Shown: positions 20,772 through 30,935, counted from the first letter of the stretch. The stretch: 64,000 nucleotides of DNA from Candidatus Bathyarchaeota archaeon (GCA_963767735.1 CAVYES010000005.1:480001-544000); one strand, 5' to 3'. Numbers and translations: made by a program. The notes: generated by a model from the letters alone, not told the origin.

Positions 20772-21971
20772 CTAAGACACTCCTTTATTTTTGCCATAAT
20801 ATTATCAATTGTACCCTGGTTATCGAGAAAAATTGTTTTTATCTCAATGCCATTAGCACTTGATATTTCTTGGATTTTTTCTTCAACTGCTTGTTTATTC
20901 TGATCCGCAATGTTAACAACAAAATTCATTTTTATGCTTGGATTTTTCAAATTAGCCACTTTCTCAATTTTGCCATTTATATCAGTAATGTCACTTGCGG
21001 AAAGTCTGTCACTGAATGCGCGATCTTTAGTTTCAAATATTACTAAATTATTCGAGTAAGCCGCTAGAACATCCGCTTCGATGGTAATTCCGCCTGAAGA
21101 CAGGAGCGCGTTCAATAGACGACTCGAACAACCTGCTTTTTCAAGCGTTAAAAAAATGTACGATTCAAACCAATTTCCATTCTTAAAAAAATTAACAAAA
21201 TTCTCTCTCGCTTCTTCTATTGACGAGAAACCCTTCTTATCGAAAACCTTTGTTCCCAAAAATAGATCATGAATATTTCGAGGGAGTGGATCCAATGCAG
21301 CTACTTGTTCTGGTCTGTAGGCCCTAACCAGATTTAACGTATTTGTTCTTTGTTGAATATTGGATAATTCTTTTAGAAACGTAGTCATTCCAGGAAAACG
21401 AAGAATTTTTTTATTGAGTTCTATCCTCTCATCTTGACTATAGCTGATATTAACTCCATTAGCCAATGTCATATATTCATCAAAATTGTCCTCAAAAACA
21501 GGTGGCGGGCCGTCAGCAATTAAGTCAAAGGCTTTTTTTAAGCAATCTGTTATTGCATGTTCTTTTTGGCTGTTCTCGGAAATATATTCATAATGTGCAG
21601 TCAACCGGCTTATTAAGGCTAACATGTTTGATTCTATACTTAAAAGAGCCGTTGAAATTGCTGCCTCATTATTATGCACTATTCCTGCAATAATCGCATT
21701 GGCTTGACCATCCACCCTTCTTGCCTAGATCTGCACAACTGTTAGCAAGTGTAACTTCGTCCGTTTCTATGTTGACTATATCAATTAGCTCTTTGGTTTT
21801 TATAGGTAAAGATAATCTTATAACTTCTGTATTTCTAAGAAAGTCACTTAACTTAATTTGTTTTGTCTGATATTTGGAGAATTCAAACCCTAAATTTGAA
21901 TATAGACTAACAATTGGAGGTATTCTATTTAGGATTGAATTGAGTAGTGGCATTGGCTTACTATTTTGCAC
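20768..21971 (-). CDS. PD-(D/E)xK nuclease (Card1/DUF1887-like C-terminal domain); ORFs 21672-21971 and 20768-21715 probably one gene split at ~21725
   Basis: GNWFESYI...EADVL...IFETKD. Removing one G at CTAGG joins the frames as ...SCADL-ARRVDGQANA... Confidence 0.65.
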
Positions 21972-22362
21972 TGCAAATGCTTTTAAGTTATTTGTTCCGC
22001 ATAGCCATCTAAACCTTTCGGGTTCAAATCGACACAGACTAATGCCTGTTAAAAAGATTCATAAAAATGCAAAAACGCAACGACGGTTTAAACGACGGCT
22101 TCAAGTTAACCCCTGCACCCTCATAAGTTAAAAAGGCCTATGGTCCAGCTGGTGATGCTTAGATTTTTTTCGCACGTTAGACTTTTCTTTTTCGGAAGAT
22201 TTTAGCGTCTTCAAATTCTGTGACGTATTCCATTCAAAACGGCTATAATCCCTAGCTGCCTTAGGGAAAAGGAGCTGAAGATTCTGACTGATACGATAAT
22301 TTTTCTTTGAAAGACAACATGCTGCAAATTTTTCAGGTGCAGGAGTAAGGTCATAGGTAAAA

Positions 22363-22725
22363 ATGAACTTGGAGCTTTTTCATCGTCGAAAACAGCTTTT
22401 AGCCGCTTATTACAGCGGTATCTTAAATCCGGCTTCCATGCGTGTGCTTGCGGAGCAGTATCATTGTAGCCAGGCAGCGCTATATGCGGATTGGGAGCGT
22501 CGGGCGAAATGGGAGCCTTTCATCTGGGCAAGCCAAGAAGCTCACGAAGACGGCAAAGCTTTACTTTTTCAACTGCAGCTTGCCCGTGAAGCAGCTTTGA
22601 GTCATATGCTAAATCCGCGGATAGGCGAGGGTGTAAGGGTCGGCGCCATTGGCCAATTTACTAAAGCAGTTAAAACAGAGATTGAGATGAGGCAGAGCCT
22701 TGGCTTGCTGCCAAAGGTAACTTAA
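22363..22725 (+). CDS. HTH protein resembling virus/MGE terminase-small-subunit-like proteins, possibly truncated
   Basis: N-terminal HTH-like LAEQYHCSQAALYADW and C-terminal QSLGLLPK. Resemblance is from memory only. Confidence 0.4.
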   Translation: MNLELFHRRKQLLAAYYSGILNPASMRVLAEQYHCSQAALYADWERRAKWEPFIWASQEAHEDGKALLFQLQLAREAALSHMLNPRIGEGVRVGAIGQFTKAVKTEIEMRQSLGLLPKVT

Positions 22726-22859
22726 CCTCCGCAAGTGCAGGTAAAGCAGCAGTAAACTTTGATGCCCAACAGAACCAGAAATCCAGCAATCGGGGGCGCA
22801 GGAACACTCTCAGAAATCGCTTACGCATGGTCACTAAAACGATTGTAATAGCTTTCGAC

Positions 22860-23207
22860 CTATGAAATCTTAAGGTAACTCTTTATTAGTAGTTTGATTT
22901 GGTCAAAGTGGCATTGTTCAATTACGCCAAACCTGTCCAGGAATCTTGTGGATGAAGCAGTGAGGCAACGCATTTGATAAATTAATGCAACAGAATTCAT
23001 TGAGAGTCCGTTGGTGTTTGACATTTTTACTTGGTATGAGTAAGGAAAACGCAAGCAATCTTGATTTTTGGTCAGTGGTACAACCATAGTTACATTGGCT
23101 TGAGGATGCATGGCCATTACGATTGCGGGGCGCTCCCCTGTCTGTTCGTGCCCCTCAGCATCGGGCAAATTGACTCTCCATATTTCACCAGGTTGCATAC
23201 GTGGCAT
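22860..23207 (-). CDS. mazF: MazF/PemK endoribonuclease toxin
   Basis: GEIWRVNLP...GHEQTGERPAIV...VVPLT...NGL...S.ALIYQMR. Confidence 0.9.
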   Translation of the reverse strand: MPRMQPGEIWRVNLPDAEGHEQTGERPAIVMAMHPQANVTMVVPLTKNQDCLRFPYSYQVKMSNTNGLSMNSVALIYQMRCLTASSTRFLDRFGVIEQCHFDQIKLLIKSYLKIS

Positions 23208-23217
23208 CGGTTCTCAA

Positions 23218-23742
23218 CTAACTGTCAAGTCTATCCCATTCGTCCATTTCTTTCGCTATTTCCTCAGTCAAATACTCGGGTTTGAATAAGAGCTCCTTGG
23301 CTCGGGTTATTCCAATAGTCCGTTCTCCATCGGTTAAGTGAGGTTTAAGCCATTTCAATCTTACAAACAAATCATCATCTGTAAGTTCAGGATTTTGTGT
23401 CTTCAAATATACAATTGTAGAGACCGCTTCCATAAGACCCATGTTATCGTAGATATCAGAACAAGCCTTAATTTTTTCCAACACTTGAACATCTGACTGT
23501 GTCAATTCATAATCTGTTTGGAGCGATTGAAGTTTTGTACTTTGTGCATAATAGTCGCAAGTTAATTCGCGCGAATATGGTCCAGCAACATAAACTGTGA
23601 AATCATATGTAATCTCCATGCCCAACGCCTTTGCCAAGAAAGCGGTTTTTTGGGTAAAAAAACGACCGCGGTATTCGTGGACATTTGGAGATAACCCTAA
23701 GAATTTGAGTCCTGCAATTACTTTGTCAAGGTTATTTGGCAT
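23218..23742 (-). CDS. YwgA/Panacea(SocA)-like putative antitoxin
   Basis: GR...QK..FL...YDF.VYVAGPYSREL pattern. Sits directly upstream of mazF. Confidence 0.6.
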   Translation of the reverse strand: MPNNLDKVIAGLKFLGLSPNVHEYRGRFFTQKTAFLAKALGMEITYDFTVYVAGPYSRELTCDYYAQSTKLQSLQTDYELTQSDVQVLEKIKACSDIYDNMGLMEAVSTIVYLKTQNPELTDDDLFVRLKWLKPHLTDGERTIGITRAKELLFKPEYLTEEIAKEMDEWDRLDS

Positions 23743-24101
23743 TTTTCATCCCCTTCTTTTGCTACTTTCTCAATTATCTTCATCCACTCGGTAATCTTGT
23801 TCAATTCGTTTCGCCCTTTTTGGTTCAGACTGTAAACATCTATCTTTTTTCGGTCTACTTCAACTTCATTCTTCTCAACATATCCCAGTTTTTTCAAGAG
23901 CTTGAGATTTGAAATGAGTTTTCCATCCGAAATCTTCAATGATGCTTTCAATTCCCGGAACTGCACGCCGTCAACAAAATAAGCGAGCAACGCAAGAATG
24001 ACACATCTTGTCAAAGATAGAACCTGACTGTTTAATGTTTCAGAAGTTTCCAAAAGACGATTGACATCGTCATTCACTACTACTCCCTCGACACTTTGCA
24101 T
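23718..24101 (-). CDS. winged-HTH transcriptional regulator (ArsR/MarR-like)
   Basis: FRELKASLKISDGKLISNL..L...GYV...YSLNQKGR. Confidence 0.85.
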   Translation of the reverse strand: MQSVEGVVVNDDVNRLLETSETLNSQVLSLTRCVILALLAYFVDGVQFRELKASLKISDGKLISNLKLLKKLGYVEKNEVEVDRKKIDVYSLNQKGRNELNKITEWMKIIEKVAKEGDEKCQITLTK

Positions 24102-24238
24102 TTTACTTTCAAAACTAAAGTAATTGTGAAAGTTATTTAAAGTTTGTTAGACCCTAATGTCAATCTGCACGTTTAAAAAAGACGAGGACCGCACTTTTAT
24201 CTGAATGCTGGGTTCTGCAAGCTTTGTAAACAAATGTT

Positions 24239-24781
24239 TTACTGTATTGTTCCTCTGTCCGGTGAGTATTCGCTGACTCGTTCTGCCAGAAAATAAAATC
24301 TTGGAAGCGTACGTTGAGGATTTGCCACGACTTTGCCTTTGCGCCTTAAGCGCAGTATGATTCTGCGAAAAGCGTCATGTTTGATTTCCAAGAAGTCCCT
24401 ATAGCTAAATTCCCTCGTTAAATCTCGCGCTTTGTTGAGAACGTAGGACTCAAAAAGAATACTACTGATTGTTTTCTGATACTCCTTCTTTACACAACTC
24501 AAGTCGTACGGTTCTCGGCGAGGCTTAGAAACCTGATACTGGAAAACATTATTCTGCTGAATGTTAACGACCTGTTTTCCATTGCGAACCTCAGCTGCCC
24601 CCTCAATACCCTTCATAAAAGAATCAGTCAAGCTCAGCGTCAAGTGACAGACATCCATGCCATTGTCTTTAGCCCATTGAACATACTCTTTCCAGCGCTG
24701 AAACTCCTCTAAGTTAGGGGCCCGAAAATTACAAATTAGATTCTTAGGCTGAATAACAGAAACCGCGTGTGATTCAACCAC
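24239..24781 (-). CDS. hypothetical MGE-type DNA-binding protein (C-terminal wHTH-like)
   Basis: 180 aa. FSYRDF...AFRRIILRLRRKGKV looks like a winged helix. Confidence 0.5.
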   Translation of the reverse strand: MVESHAVSVIQPKNLICNFRAPNLEEFQRWKEYVQWAKDNGMDVCHLTLSLTDSFMKGIEGAAEVRNGKQVVNIQQNNVFQYQVSKPRREPYDLSCVKKEYQKTISSILFESYVLNKARDLTREFSYRDFLEIKHDAFRRIILRLRRKGKVVANPQRTLPRFYFLAERVSEYSPDRGTIQ

Positions 24782-25203
24782 CCTTGGTTCAGTCTCCTAT
24801 TCGAAATCGGAACAAAGAAAAAAGGGGAAAAAAGCTAATTACCCGAGGCTTAATTTCGTATGTATTCATGCCTGGGCGCCCGTCTCTCCCGGGCTACTAC
24901 ATCAAAATGGATTAGGTGAAAAGTATGGCTGATTTGAAAGGTTGCCCCTATGGTCAAGACACAAAAGGTGACTGCAAAGGCTGTGATTACGGTAAAACGT
25001 ATCATTTTGATAGTGCTACTGAGCAATGTGTCAAGCGATAATTTCTCCCTATCGAAACTCATATTTGGCATTAGTTAGGCGTTCTTTAGCCCTTGGTGAG
25101 AGTTCGAATTGCTCATGGTTGCAATGGAAAAAAGTGCTGATAAGAGCAGTTATAAAGATTTTTGGCTAAACTCTTTTAAGAACCTAATAAAATACTTGAC
25201 TCG

Positions 25204-26124
25204 ATGATTATGGGTCAAAAAGCCTTCATATCGGATGCCGACTTGGCACTGGCAAACTTTATCTGGAACGGCATAAAAAATGGACCTGCAGCAAAAAACA
25301 TGGTCTCAAGCCAAGAACAAATTTCGTTTTCCTCTCCAAAAGCCACTAGTGCTCATGGAAACAGGAAACTGTCGATTTTTCTATACAACATTACTGAAGA
25401 AACGGCAAAAAGAAACATGTCGTCCACCATAGATTGCTCGAACAAAAACACAGAGTCGTTTGCTCTGCGCTATATTATTACGCCATTAACCGGAAATGAC
25501 AAAGACGACCATGCATTACTTGAAGAAATAATTCATTTGTTTTTGGCCACGCAGCTTCTTGTTAGTTCAGATGATGAAAACAAGGGCGGGCTCACGGTGA
25601 AAATGGATTCACTTTCTTTAGAGGAGCTAAGTAAACTATGGAATGCGTTGGGGTCTCCACTTAGGCTTTCAATAAGCTTAACCGTTTCTCCTGCTGTGCC
25701 GCGGTATAGCTCACAAGCACAGGTAACACGCGACGCGGTAGCGTCTCAAAAATCCGAACCTGACACAGAACATGTTGTCCAACTCTACCAAGCCGTGCTC
25801 AAAACCTTCACTGAACAATCTACTGGATGGAAAAAACGCAATATGGTCGTCAAACAATGGTTGCTTCAAAACTTTGAGAAAAACACAGATATGACCGTGG
25901 AGGAGATGCTCACCGCGCTTAACAATTTAGGCGACAAACTGGGACAACACGGGTCGACTGCACAGTTTATAAAGCCTCTAAATATGCTGGCGGGATACTA
26001 CCAACTCCAACTTGATCAACTAAAAGGAATGCAGAAGGTGTCACATGGACAGAGAGAGAACCTCGAAGCAATAAACATGTGGATTAAAGACGTCAAGACT
26101 TTAGTAGAAGCGCTGGGCAGCTAG
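25204..26124 (+). CDS. DUF4255/Pvc16-like N-terminal domain protein
   Basis: ISFSSP...LSIFLYNITE...LRYIITP...LSLEELSKLWNALGSPLRLS. Confidence 0.7.
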   Translation: MIMGQKAFISDADLALANFIWNGIKNGPAAKNMVSSQEQISFSSPKATSAHGNRKLSIFLYNITEETAKRNMSSTIDCSNKNTESFALRYIITPLTGNDKDDHALLEEIIHLFLATQLLVSSDDENKGGLTVKMDSLSLEELSKLWNALGSPLRLSISLTVSPAVPRYSSQAQVTRDAVASQKSEPDTEHVVQLYQAVLKTFTEQSTGWKKRNMVVKQWLLQNFEKNTDMTVEEMLTALNNLGDKLGQHGSTAQFIKPLNMLAGYYQLQLDQLKGMQKVSHGQRENLEAINMWIKDVKTLVEALGS

Positions 26125-26265
26125 AAGAGCGGGCTGCAAATATGCCCAGATGACCGAACTTAGGGTCTCACTTACGAGAGTTTGAACCTAATCCAGCTGC
26201 TTTAGATTTCTCTTTTCTTATGAGAAAATCGTTAATTTGGGTTTATCATTTTTCTGTTTGCTGGG

Positions 26266-26679
26266 TTATGGGCAACATTTGCCTTTTGGGATAGCGTGTC
26301 CATGGGGGCATTTTCTTGGGTGATTAAGTTGTGTGCATAGGGCATCCATGAATTCTTCGTCCATGTGGTGTTCCATGCCGCAAACGCTTTCTTCTTGAAT
26401 GTCAGTTTTTAGCGCTTCTTTCATCAATACTTCGGTCAGTCTGTGTGCACGTATGATTCTTTTTGCTATTTTTCTTCCTTTTTCAGTAAGTTCGATGCCC
26501 TGTCTTGCCAAGTAAATTACGTAGCCTTCTTTTTCTAATTTCTTAAGCATTTCTAAGGCACTTGGCGCCGCTACTCCGAGGTGATCTGCCACCCACGTAA
26601 GGTGAGCCAATTTTTCGCCTCTTTCTTCCGATACCCAAAGTGCTTCAAGATATTCTTCAACGCTTTCGGAGGTTGGCAT
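26266..26679 (-). CDS. mntR: DtxR/MntR metal-dependent repressor
   Basis: VEEYLEAL, HTH, R.HRL.E, EHHM, CPHGHAIP. Confidence 0.92.
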   Translation of the reverse strand: MPTSESVEEYLEALWVSEERGEKLAHLTWVADHLGVAAPSALEMLKKLEKEGYVIYLARQGIELTEKGRKIAKRIIRAHRLTEVLMKEALKTDIQEESVCGMEHHMDEEFMDALCTQLNHPRKCPHGHAIPKGKCCP

Positions 26680-26762
26680 TAGTTATGTTCTCATTAGTTA
26701 ATTGTTTGATTTTAGATATAAGTTTTGAAGGCTGAGTGTTTATTGTTTACGGAGGAAATGAC

Positions 26763-26814
26763 TTAGGTTTGCCTAAAAGTTAATATATCTATAGATACTT
26801 AGGTTGACCTAAGT
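26763..26814. promoter_or_regulatory. Two DtxR/MntR-type operator palindromes flanking a TATA-like box
   Basis: TTAGG-TTTG-CCTAA (26763-26776) and perfect ACTTAGGT-TG-ACCTAAGT (26797-26814), with TTAATATA between them. Confidence 0.8.
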
Positions 26815-26852
26815 GCATGCGATTTTGACCTGCACATTAAAGAGGCACCAAA

Positions 26853-28037
26853 ATGAATTTCAAAGTAGGCGACTGGCTCAGAAACTTCGGTCCAGCCTGG
26901 ATAGTGATGATAGCAGACATAGATATAGCCTCAATCATCACCGCCCTACAATCCGGCGCAAGCTACGGCTACAGAATGGCGTTTATTCTTCTATTATTGA
27001 TTTTTCCGCTTTTTATTATCCAAGATGCAGCTGGCAGACTGGGAACGTGTGCGGGACTTGGGCTTGGAGAGGCAACCAGAAAACAATTCGGAAGCCGCAA
27101 GGCACTATTCGCCGCCATCCCTATGGGTATAAGCGATTTTCTTGAGTACGTAGCTGAATACGCGGGCATGGCCATTGGCCTTTACTTACTGCGCTTTCCT
27201 ATCCTCCTTGGACTTATACTAATTTTCTTGATTCACACAGGTGTGGTGGTTGGTAAGCAGTACCGTAGAGCAGAGATGGTGCTTATACCTTTGAGTTTCA
27301 TGTTGGTTGCAGCTATAGTAGCCTCAGCATTCATATTTCCCGTAAATCTAAAAGAATTCATTTCTCTGGGGCTCTCTCCATTGCAACCATACACTAAACC
27401 ATCTTTTGACTTCCTTCTCGCCGCCAGTGTAGGGGCAGTTATTATGCCGTGGATGCTCTACTATCATTCTGGCGCTGATGCCCGCAGAAAGAAACAGCCA
27501 AAGGACCTAAAGAACGAGCGCATCGAAACGATTCTCGGAGCTGTAGTATCGGAAGTTCTTATGGTCATACTGATTTTTCCAGGAATACGTCTTGCCAACG
27601 GAGGCAGCTTGATCAGCGCGCTGGCGCTGTCAAACGTGCTCTCATTCTTTGGACCATATGCAATGCCCATCATGGGCGCGTTGTTTCTATTTGCAGGTTT
27701 TCTTGCACTTATCGTTATATCCCTTGGCTCAGCTTGGGGTGTTCTCGAAGCAACAGGCAAAACCTCACAAACCTCCTTCATGACGGTGTATCTGCTCGAA
27801 AGTGTTCCCGCAATAATCATAGTAGCCACAATAACAGGTTACATTCAACTGATGCTAAGTCTAATGGTTATCTATCCAATAGTGATTATACCGTCTCTGT
27901 ACTTTCTGGGGAAGCTTGTTTCAGATAAAAAAGTGATGTCAGGCTACCAGTACAACAAATACGAGGTAGCCGCCTTCGTAATAGCATCAATAATGATTGT
28001 AGCAGGCGGAATCCTAGGCTTATACGCTCTACTCTAA
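26853..28037 (+). CDS. mntH: NRAMP-family divalent metal transporter
   Basis: FGPAWIVMIADID, G..YGY, VGAVIMPWMLYYH, multiple TM helices. Confidence 0.9.
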   Translation: MNFKVGDWLRNFGPAWIVMIADIDIASIITALQSGASYGYRMAFILLLLIFPLFIIQDAAGRLGTCAGLGLGEATRKQFGSRKALFAAIPMGISDFLEYVAEYAGMAIGLYLLRFPILLGLILIFLIHTGVVVGKQYRRAEMVLIPLSFMLVAAIVASAFIFPVNLKEFISLGLSPLQPYTKPSFDFLLAASVGAVIMPWMLYYHSGADARRKKQPKDLKNERIETILGAVVSEVLMVILIFPGIRLANGGSLISALALSNVLSFFGPYAMPIMGALFLFAGFLALIVISLGSAWGVLEATGKTSQTSFMTVYLLESVPAIIIVATITGYIQLMLSLMVIYPIVIIPSLYFLGKLVSDKKVMSGYQYNKYEVAAFVIASIMIVAGGILGLYALL

Positions 28038-28552
28038 AAACTTGCCTCTGCTAACGAGACAAACAGTTTTGAGACAGGCGCCAGCAAGGAACCCTTCCTC
28101 TCAGCAAAGCTTCATTTACGAACCTGCAGAAACCTCGTTTGGTTAAGAAGGTGCTGTTAACTTGGTGTAAGATTTCGGTTTAGATAGAAGTATTTGTGTG
28201 TGCCTACAGTCTACCCCCCGGTCTACTAGATGATCCTATTTAGGCTCCAAATATGTTTCAACATACTTCAACGGAGAAGCGGAGTGCGCACTTTTCTATG
28301 CAGAATTGGTGAAATTACATGTTGAATTGTAGCAAATTTGTTAGCTTAACATCTTGCCTATAAAAATCCTAAAAATACCTCCTAAGATAAAGCGACTTAT
28401 CACCCGATGTGTTCCGCCTAGAAAAAAATGCCCATCATCCTAAAACACACCAGAACTAGATGATGAGTTGTAATCAATAATAGCAATTCATAAAAGATTA
28501 CTATTTCAACTAACATTTGTTTGGACGAGTGGTTTGTAAATAAGCTTGTGAG

Positions 28553-29716
28553 ATGACTAAGTTGATGAGAATATCTCTTATCTTAAGTTTGTGTCTTTTG
28601 TTAGCGGTTTCTTTAATGTTGCCAGGTTTTGCTGCAGCTCAGGCGGCGAGTTCAGGTAATCAGTCGCCTTCTTCGTCGAGCCAAAGCGGTCAAGTGCCTG
28701 CCCCGACAGTATCATTCAGCAATAGCCCAAGGCCGGGTTCTGGTGACTTGATTAACCTTGCTGTATCGGTTATTCAGGGGCAACCGCAAGTTTGCGGAAC
28801 TGCTTGGAGCGCGCACAAGACAATTTTGCCTATTGGCGGAGCGCTAGGTGAAGGGTTCCAAGGCGAAATAGGAACAACCGTCGGCAATGTCTCAAGTACC
28901 CTTGAGATTAATCTTGGAGACAACTATCCACAAGGGCTTCAGCTTCCCGCGATGTTCATAGATTCGCAGTACGGCAGTATCCCCATAAGCTTCTGCAACG
29001 CCAGCTCCTTTAACATGCAGGTCGGCAACGTAACCTACGTTAACGGTTTACCCACTGTGACAAACACCGTAACTTTCAACAACATTGCCCTTCCAACCTA
29101 TGGTCAAGGCTCATCCTCAATCACGCTTGTAATATCCCAAACCGTTATAGCTAACTGGACTAACATGATAGTTAGTATTGGCGTTTACGCTGACCTCACA
29201 AACATGAAACTCTTCCTGCCAGATGGCGCGGAGATTCCTCAAAACACCGACTTCTCTTTTAATCTAATGTATGGAATTGACATGAATACCCCTGCTCCTT
29301 CAGGAACTCCAGGTCCGATTGACTATCCCCCGTCAAACATAACTCCGACAAGCGTGTTCTTTGCGGTTAATGGCACAGCAGGCACACAATTATCAATCGC
29401 AAATATGAATTTCGGAGGCACATACACCGATATTCAAGGCTCAAATCAATTTGCAGATAAAACGCCTATAATATATTTCTCACAGTCAGCTGCGCCAACT
29501 TGGGCAGTTAACTGCTTTCAGACCTTTCCCAACCTAATATATGGGGTAACTACAGCCGTTGAGAGTGACCCAACCATCACTATGCAGCACAACGCAGTTT
29601 CTGCCGCGGGCGGGATCTCGACTGGCAATTTGATATTTTATGCTGCAATCGTTGGAGTTGTAGCTTCCGTTGCTGTTGTAGGAACCGTTATTTCTGTTAA
29701 ACGAAGAAAACAATAG
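28553..29716 (+). CDS. secreted, C-terminally membrane-anchored surface protein
   Basis: Signal peptide, Ser/Gln linker, T/N/S-rich beta-like body, C-terminal TM helix followed by KRRKQ. Confidence 0.75.
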   Translation: MTKLMRISLILSLCLLLAVSLMLPGFAAAQAASSGNQSPSSSSQSGQVPAPTVSFSNSPRPGSGDLINLAVSVIQGQPQVCGTAWSAHKTILPIGGALGEGFQGEIGTTVGNVSSTLEINLGDNYPQGLQLPAMFIDSQYGSIPISFCNASSFNMQVGNVTYVNGLPTVTNTVTFNNIALPTYGQGSSSITLVISQTVIANWTNMIVSIGVYADLTNMKLFLPDGAEIPQNTDFSFNLMYGIDMNTPAPSGTPGPIDYPPSNITPTSVFFAVNGTAGTQLSIANMNFGGTYTDIQGSNQFADKTPIIYFSQSAAPTWAVNCFQTFPNLIYGVTTAVESDPTITMQHNAVSAAGGISTGNLIFYAAIVGVVASVAVVGTVISVKRRKQ

Positions 29717-29861
29717 GGACATGCTCCCACCTATGACTACTAATCGCTTCAAACTAGGCGTAATAGGCCTGAAAAGCAAAGAAGCATGTTGACAAAACAA
29801 ATTTTTTTTAGGTATAGATATTAAGCTTGCTTACACTTATTTCTGGAAGACTTGATTAAAA

Positions 29862-30272
29862 ATGAGTGTTAAGCTGCAAATTTTCGAGCATAACGGTAAG
29901 GATGATAATCCTTTTCGAAGAAGCTTTCGCTTCGCTGTTGTTGACTTCAGTAAGTCTCAGAGTTACCCCTCAAACTTCGTTTGCATGTTACCATTAAAAT
30001 TAGGAGTCGGAAAACCAGATAGCGTTTTCTTGAAGGTTTATGGGAATAGAAGTTTAGAACAAGCTAAAATATTGTTAACTGGCGCTTTGAAGGCCGAAAA
30101 TGACATTGAAATCAAAGCTGAAATCGAAAGACGGTTAAAACTGCTTGATCCTTCACAGGCAACGCAAATCAAGTGCAGTTCTTGCGGCAAACTTTTTCAA
30201 CCTCAAAGAATAAGACGGTATAAGAAAAATTTTTGCCAAGCTTGCATGAAAAAAAGGTACGGCAACCGATAA
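29862..30272 (+). CDS. hypothetical protein with C-terminal zinc ribbon
   Basis: CSSC...CQAC. Confidence 0.7.
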   Translation: MSVKLQIFEHNGKDDNPFRRSFRFAVVDFSKSQSYPSNFVCMLPLKLGVGKPDSVFLKVYGNRSLEQAKILLTGALKAENDIEIKAEIERRLKLLDPSQATQIKCSSCGKLFQPQRIRRYKKNFCQACMKKRYGNR

Positions 30273-30401
30273 GTTATCCTATTTTTTAGGCAGCTTATTT
30301 AATGGACTGAGACGGGTTTAACTTTAGAATTTTGATATTAAAATTTTATTAAAATTCCTTATTACTCAAACATATACCTTTTAAATTTGCCAAAACCGAC
30401 T

Positions 30402-30656
30402 TTAGTCTTTTGTTTCAATTGTCCCGTTAGGGTGCTTTCCCATCCAGTCCAAGGCGAAGGCTTCGGCTTTAGTTTCTTTGGAGAAGTCAGGCGAGATTTT
30501 TTTACTCTCCTCTTCGTTCGTTTGCTCTCCAGCAAAGAGCAATACATGGTAGTTTGCACTGAATTCTTTTTTGGAAATGATTAAAGTTTGCCCAGTGTTT
30601 TCGTTAACATAGCCGCCTTGATTGCTTATTTTCTTCCATCCTTTAATGATCTTCAA
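30402..30656 (-). CDS. hypothetical protein
   Basis: 84 aa globular-looking ORF, TTG start. Confidence 0.55.
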   Translation of the reverse strand: MKIIKGWKKISNQGGYVNENTGQTLIISKKEFSANYHVLLFAGEQTNEEESKKISPDFSKETKAEAFALDWMGKHPNGTIETKD

Positions 30657-30740
30657 GGTATTTGCCTTTTTGTAAGTTACTTACTGGTTTTCTCTGCCGT
30701 TAGAAATAGTAGTTAAAATAAAATAAAAGGTGCTTGGCTA

Positions 30741-30935
30741 CTATCTTCGCCGTGCCCACGCTTGTTTAGGCTCAAAATTAGCGTGTGTGCTTCCGGTTCT
30801 TAGCGGTTGATTAGTTGATTGTTTGGCAAAGCAAGCTTTGCAGTAAACTGGCTTGCCTGGAGTAGGCTTGAATGGCACAGTGGCGATTTGATTGCAAGAA
30901 GTACATTTTACCTCATAAACAGTCCTTTGAGACAT
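30741..30935 (-). CDS. CxxC-x17-CxxC zinc-binding protein
   Basis: CTSC..ATVPFKP..GKPVYCKACF. GAGGTGA RBS. Confidence 0.85.
   Translation of the reverse strand: MSQRTVYEVKCTSCNQIATVPFKPTPGKPVYCKACFAKQSTNQPLRTGSTHANFEPKQAWARRR

Noticed and set aside
25090-25125. GTTCGAAT T-loop-like motif as a possible tRNA/att remnant
   Set aside because: The T-stem pairs poorly and no cloverleaf or second copy is visible.
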